Source: Nitrospinota bacterium (GTDB taxonomy: Bacteria > Nitrospinota_A > UBA7883 > JBLYYQ01). Taken from it: a DNA stretch of 48,439 bases. Both the position numbers and the translations under genes were made by a program. This document shows, one piece after another, positions 48,196 to 48,439 of the stretch. The stretch covers positions 1 to 48,439 of the forward strand of contig JBLYYQ010000086.1 in the NCBI GenBank assembly GCA_048550035.1, given 5' to 3'. The notes under the pieces are model-generated. The model searched no databases. It had not been told where the DNA came from and worked only from the letters and a program-made list of their open reading frames with translations. The stretch's first letter is position 1. Each line of letters opens with the position of its first letter.

Positions 48196-48439
48196 ATGAA
48201 TAGTAATAGTTTTAAGGAAATTTTCCAATCAGAGGAGCAAGAACAGGCAAAAGGTGGCGTAGGGGAGATAAATCTAGTCAGCGAAGAGGAAGCTCAGCCG
48301 CAAGAGAGTGTAGGGAAGATAAATCTAGTCAGCGAAGAGGAAGGTCAGCCGCAAGAGAGTGTAGGGAAGATAAATCTAGTCAACGAGGAGCAAGCTCAGC
48401 CACAAGATACTATAGAGAAAATAAATCTAGTCAGCGAAG
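48196..48439 (+). CDS. Acidic tandem-repeat protein, N-terminal part only (runs off the window end)
   Basis: AGGAGG lies about 10 nt upstream of the ATG at 48196; an in-frame ATG at 48124 is also possible. The frame is open to the window end and reads MNSNSFKEIFQSEEQEQAKGG, then 17-aa repeats VG(E/K)INLVSEEE(A/G)QPQES. Not in the ORF track because there is no stop. Confidence 0.6.
   Translation, partial: MNSNSFKEIFQSEEQEQAKGGVGEINLVSEEEAQPQESVGKINLVSEEEGQPQESVGKINLVNEEQAQPQDTIEKINLVSE
48259..48439 (+). repeat. 51-bp in-frame tandem repeat (3.5 units visible)
   Basis: Units at 48259-48309, 48310-48360, 48361-48411 and 48412 to the window end. Units 1 and 2 differ at 2 of 51 positions by my reading. 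Confidence 0.9.

Noticed and set aside
48259-48439. CRISPR-like regular repeats
   Set aside because: The units are contiguous with no spacers and have a period of 51 bp (a multiple of 3). They keep an open reading frame with a strong RBS upstream, so this is a coding tandem repeat and not a CRISPR array.

Overview
AT-rich (about 35-40% GC by eye) chromosomal segment, transcribed almost entirely from the minus strand. It looks like a Gram-negative, proteobacterium-like chemolithotroph; the lineage cannot be fixed without a database search. Gene content from left to right:
- mltG (partial) and ruvX
- a biotin block (BioD-BioA fusion, bioC, bioH-like) coupled to metK
- infA
- stand-alone soxYZ
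- a Tat-exported [NiFe] uptake-hydrogenase locus (cyt b paralog, hupS, hupL, hupC, hupD) with an adjacent NtrC-family regulator
- kdsC and tRNA-Lys(CTT)
- the only plus-strand block, a type IV minor-pilin set (pilV/W/X/Y1-like plus fimT-like)
- uvrB
- bactofilin, parB and parA, with two perfect parS sites
- mnmG, mnmE, jag, yidC, yidD, rnpA and rpmH (rpmH is missing from the ORF track)
- rph, murI, a GerMN-like gene, an amidase and gyrB
- a hexahaem membrane cytochrome c plus an HAO-family octahaem cytochrome c
- an AT-rich spacer with two perfect DnaA boxes (candidate oriC), then dnaA
- an 8-gene sulfur operon: CysO-like carrier, MoeB-like E1, DsrE-like, DsrF-like, CysM-like synthase, DsrH-like, TusA, Rrf2

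The best candidate for an undescribed system is that sulfur operon. It appears to couple a TusA/DsrEFH-type persulfide relay to protein-thiocarboxylate (CysO/CysM-type) cysteine synthesis, with an E1 that has no rhodanese domain.

Other points worth checking:
- a Cys-to-Asp change at a proximal Fe-S ligand of the hydrogenase small subunit
- degenerate sigma-54/ATPase motifs in the neighbouring activator
- a respiratory multihaem module sitting between dnaA and gyrB
- rnpA with no canonical start codon
- a PilY1 with a DUF4114-like N-terminal module
- a 51-bp in-frame tandem-repeat gene at the right edge

No CRISPR array, transposase, integrase or recognisable defence system was seen.
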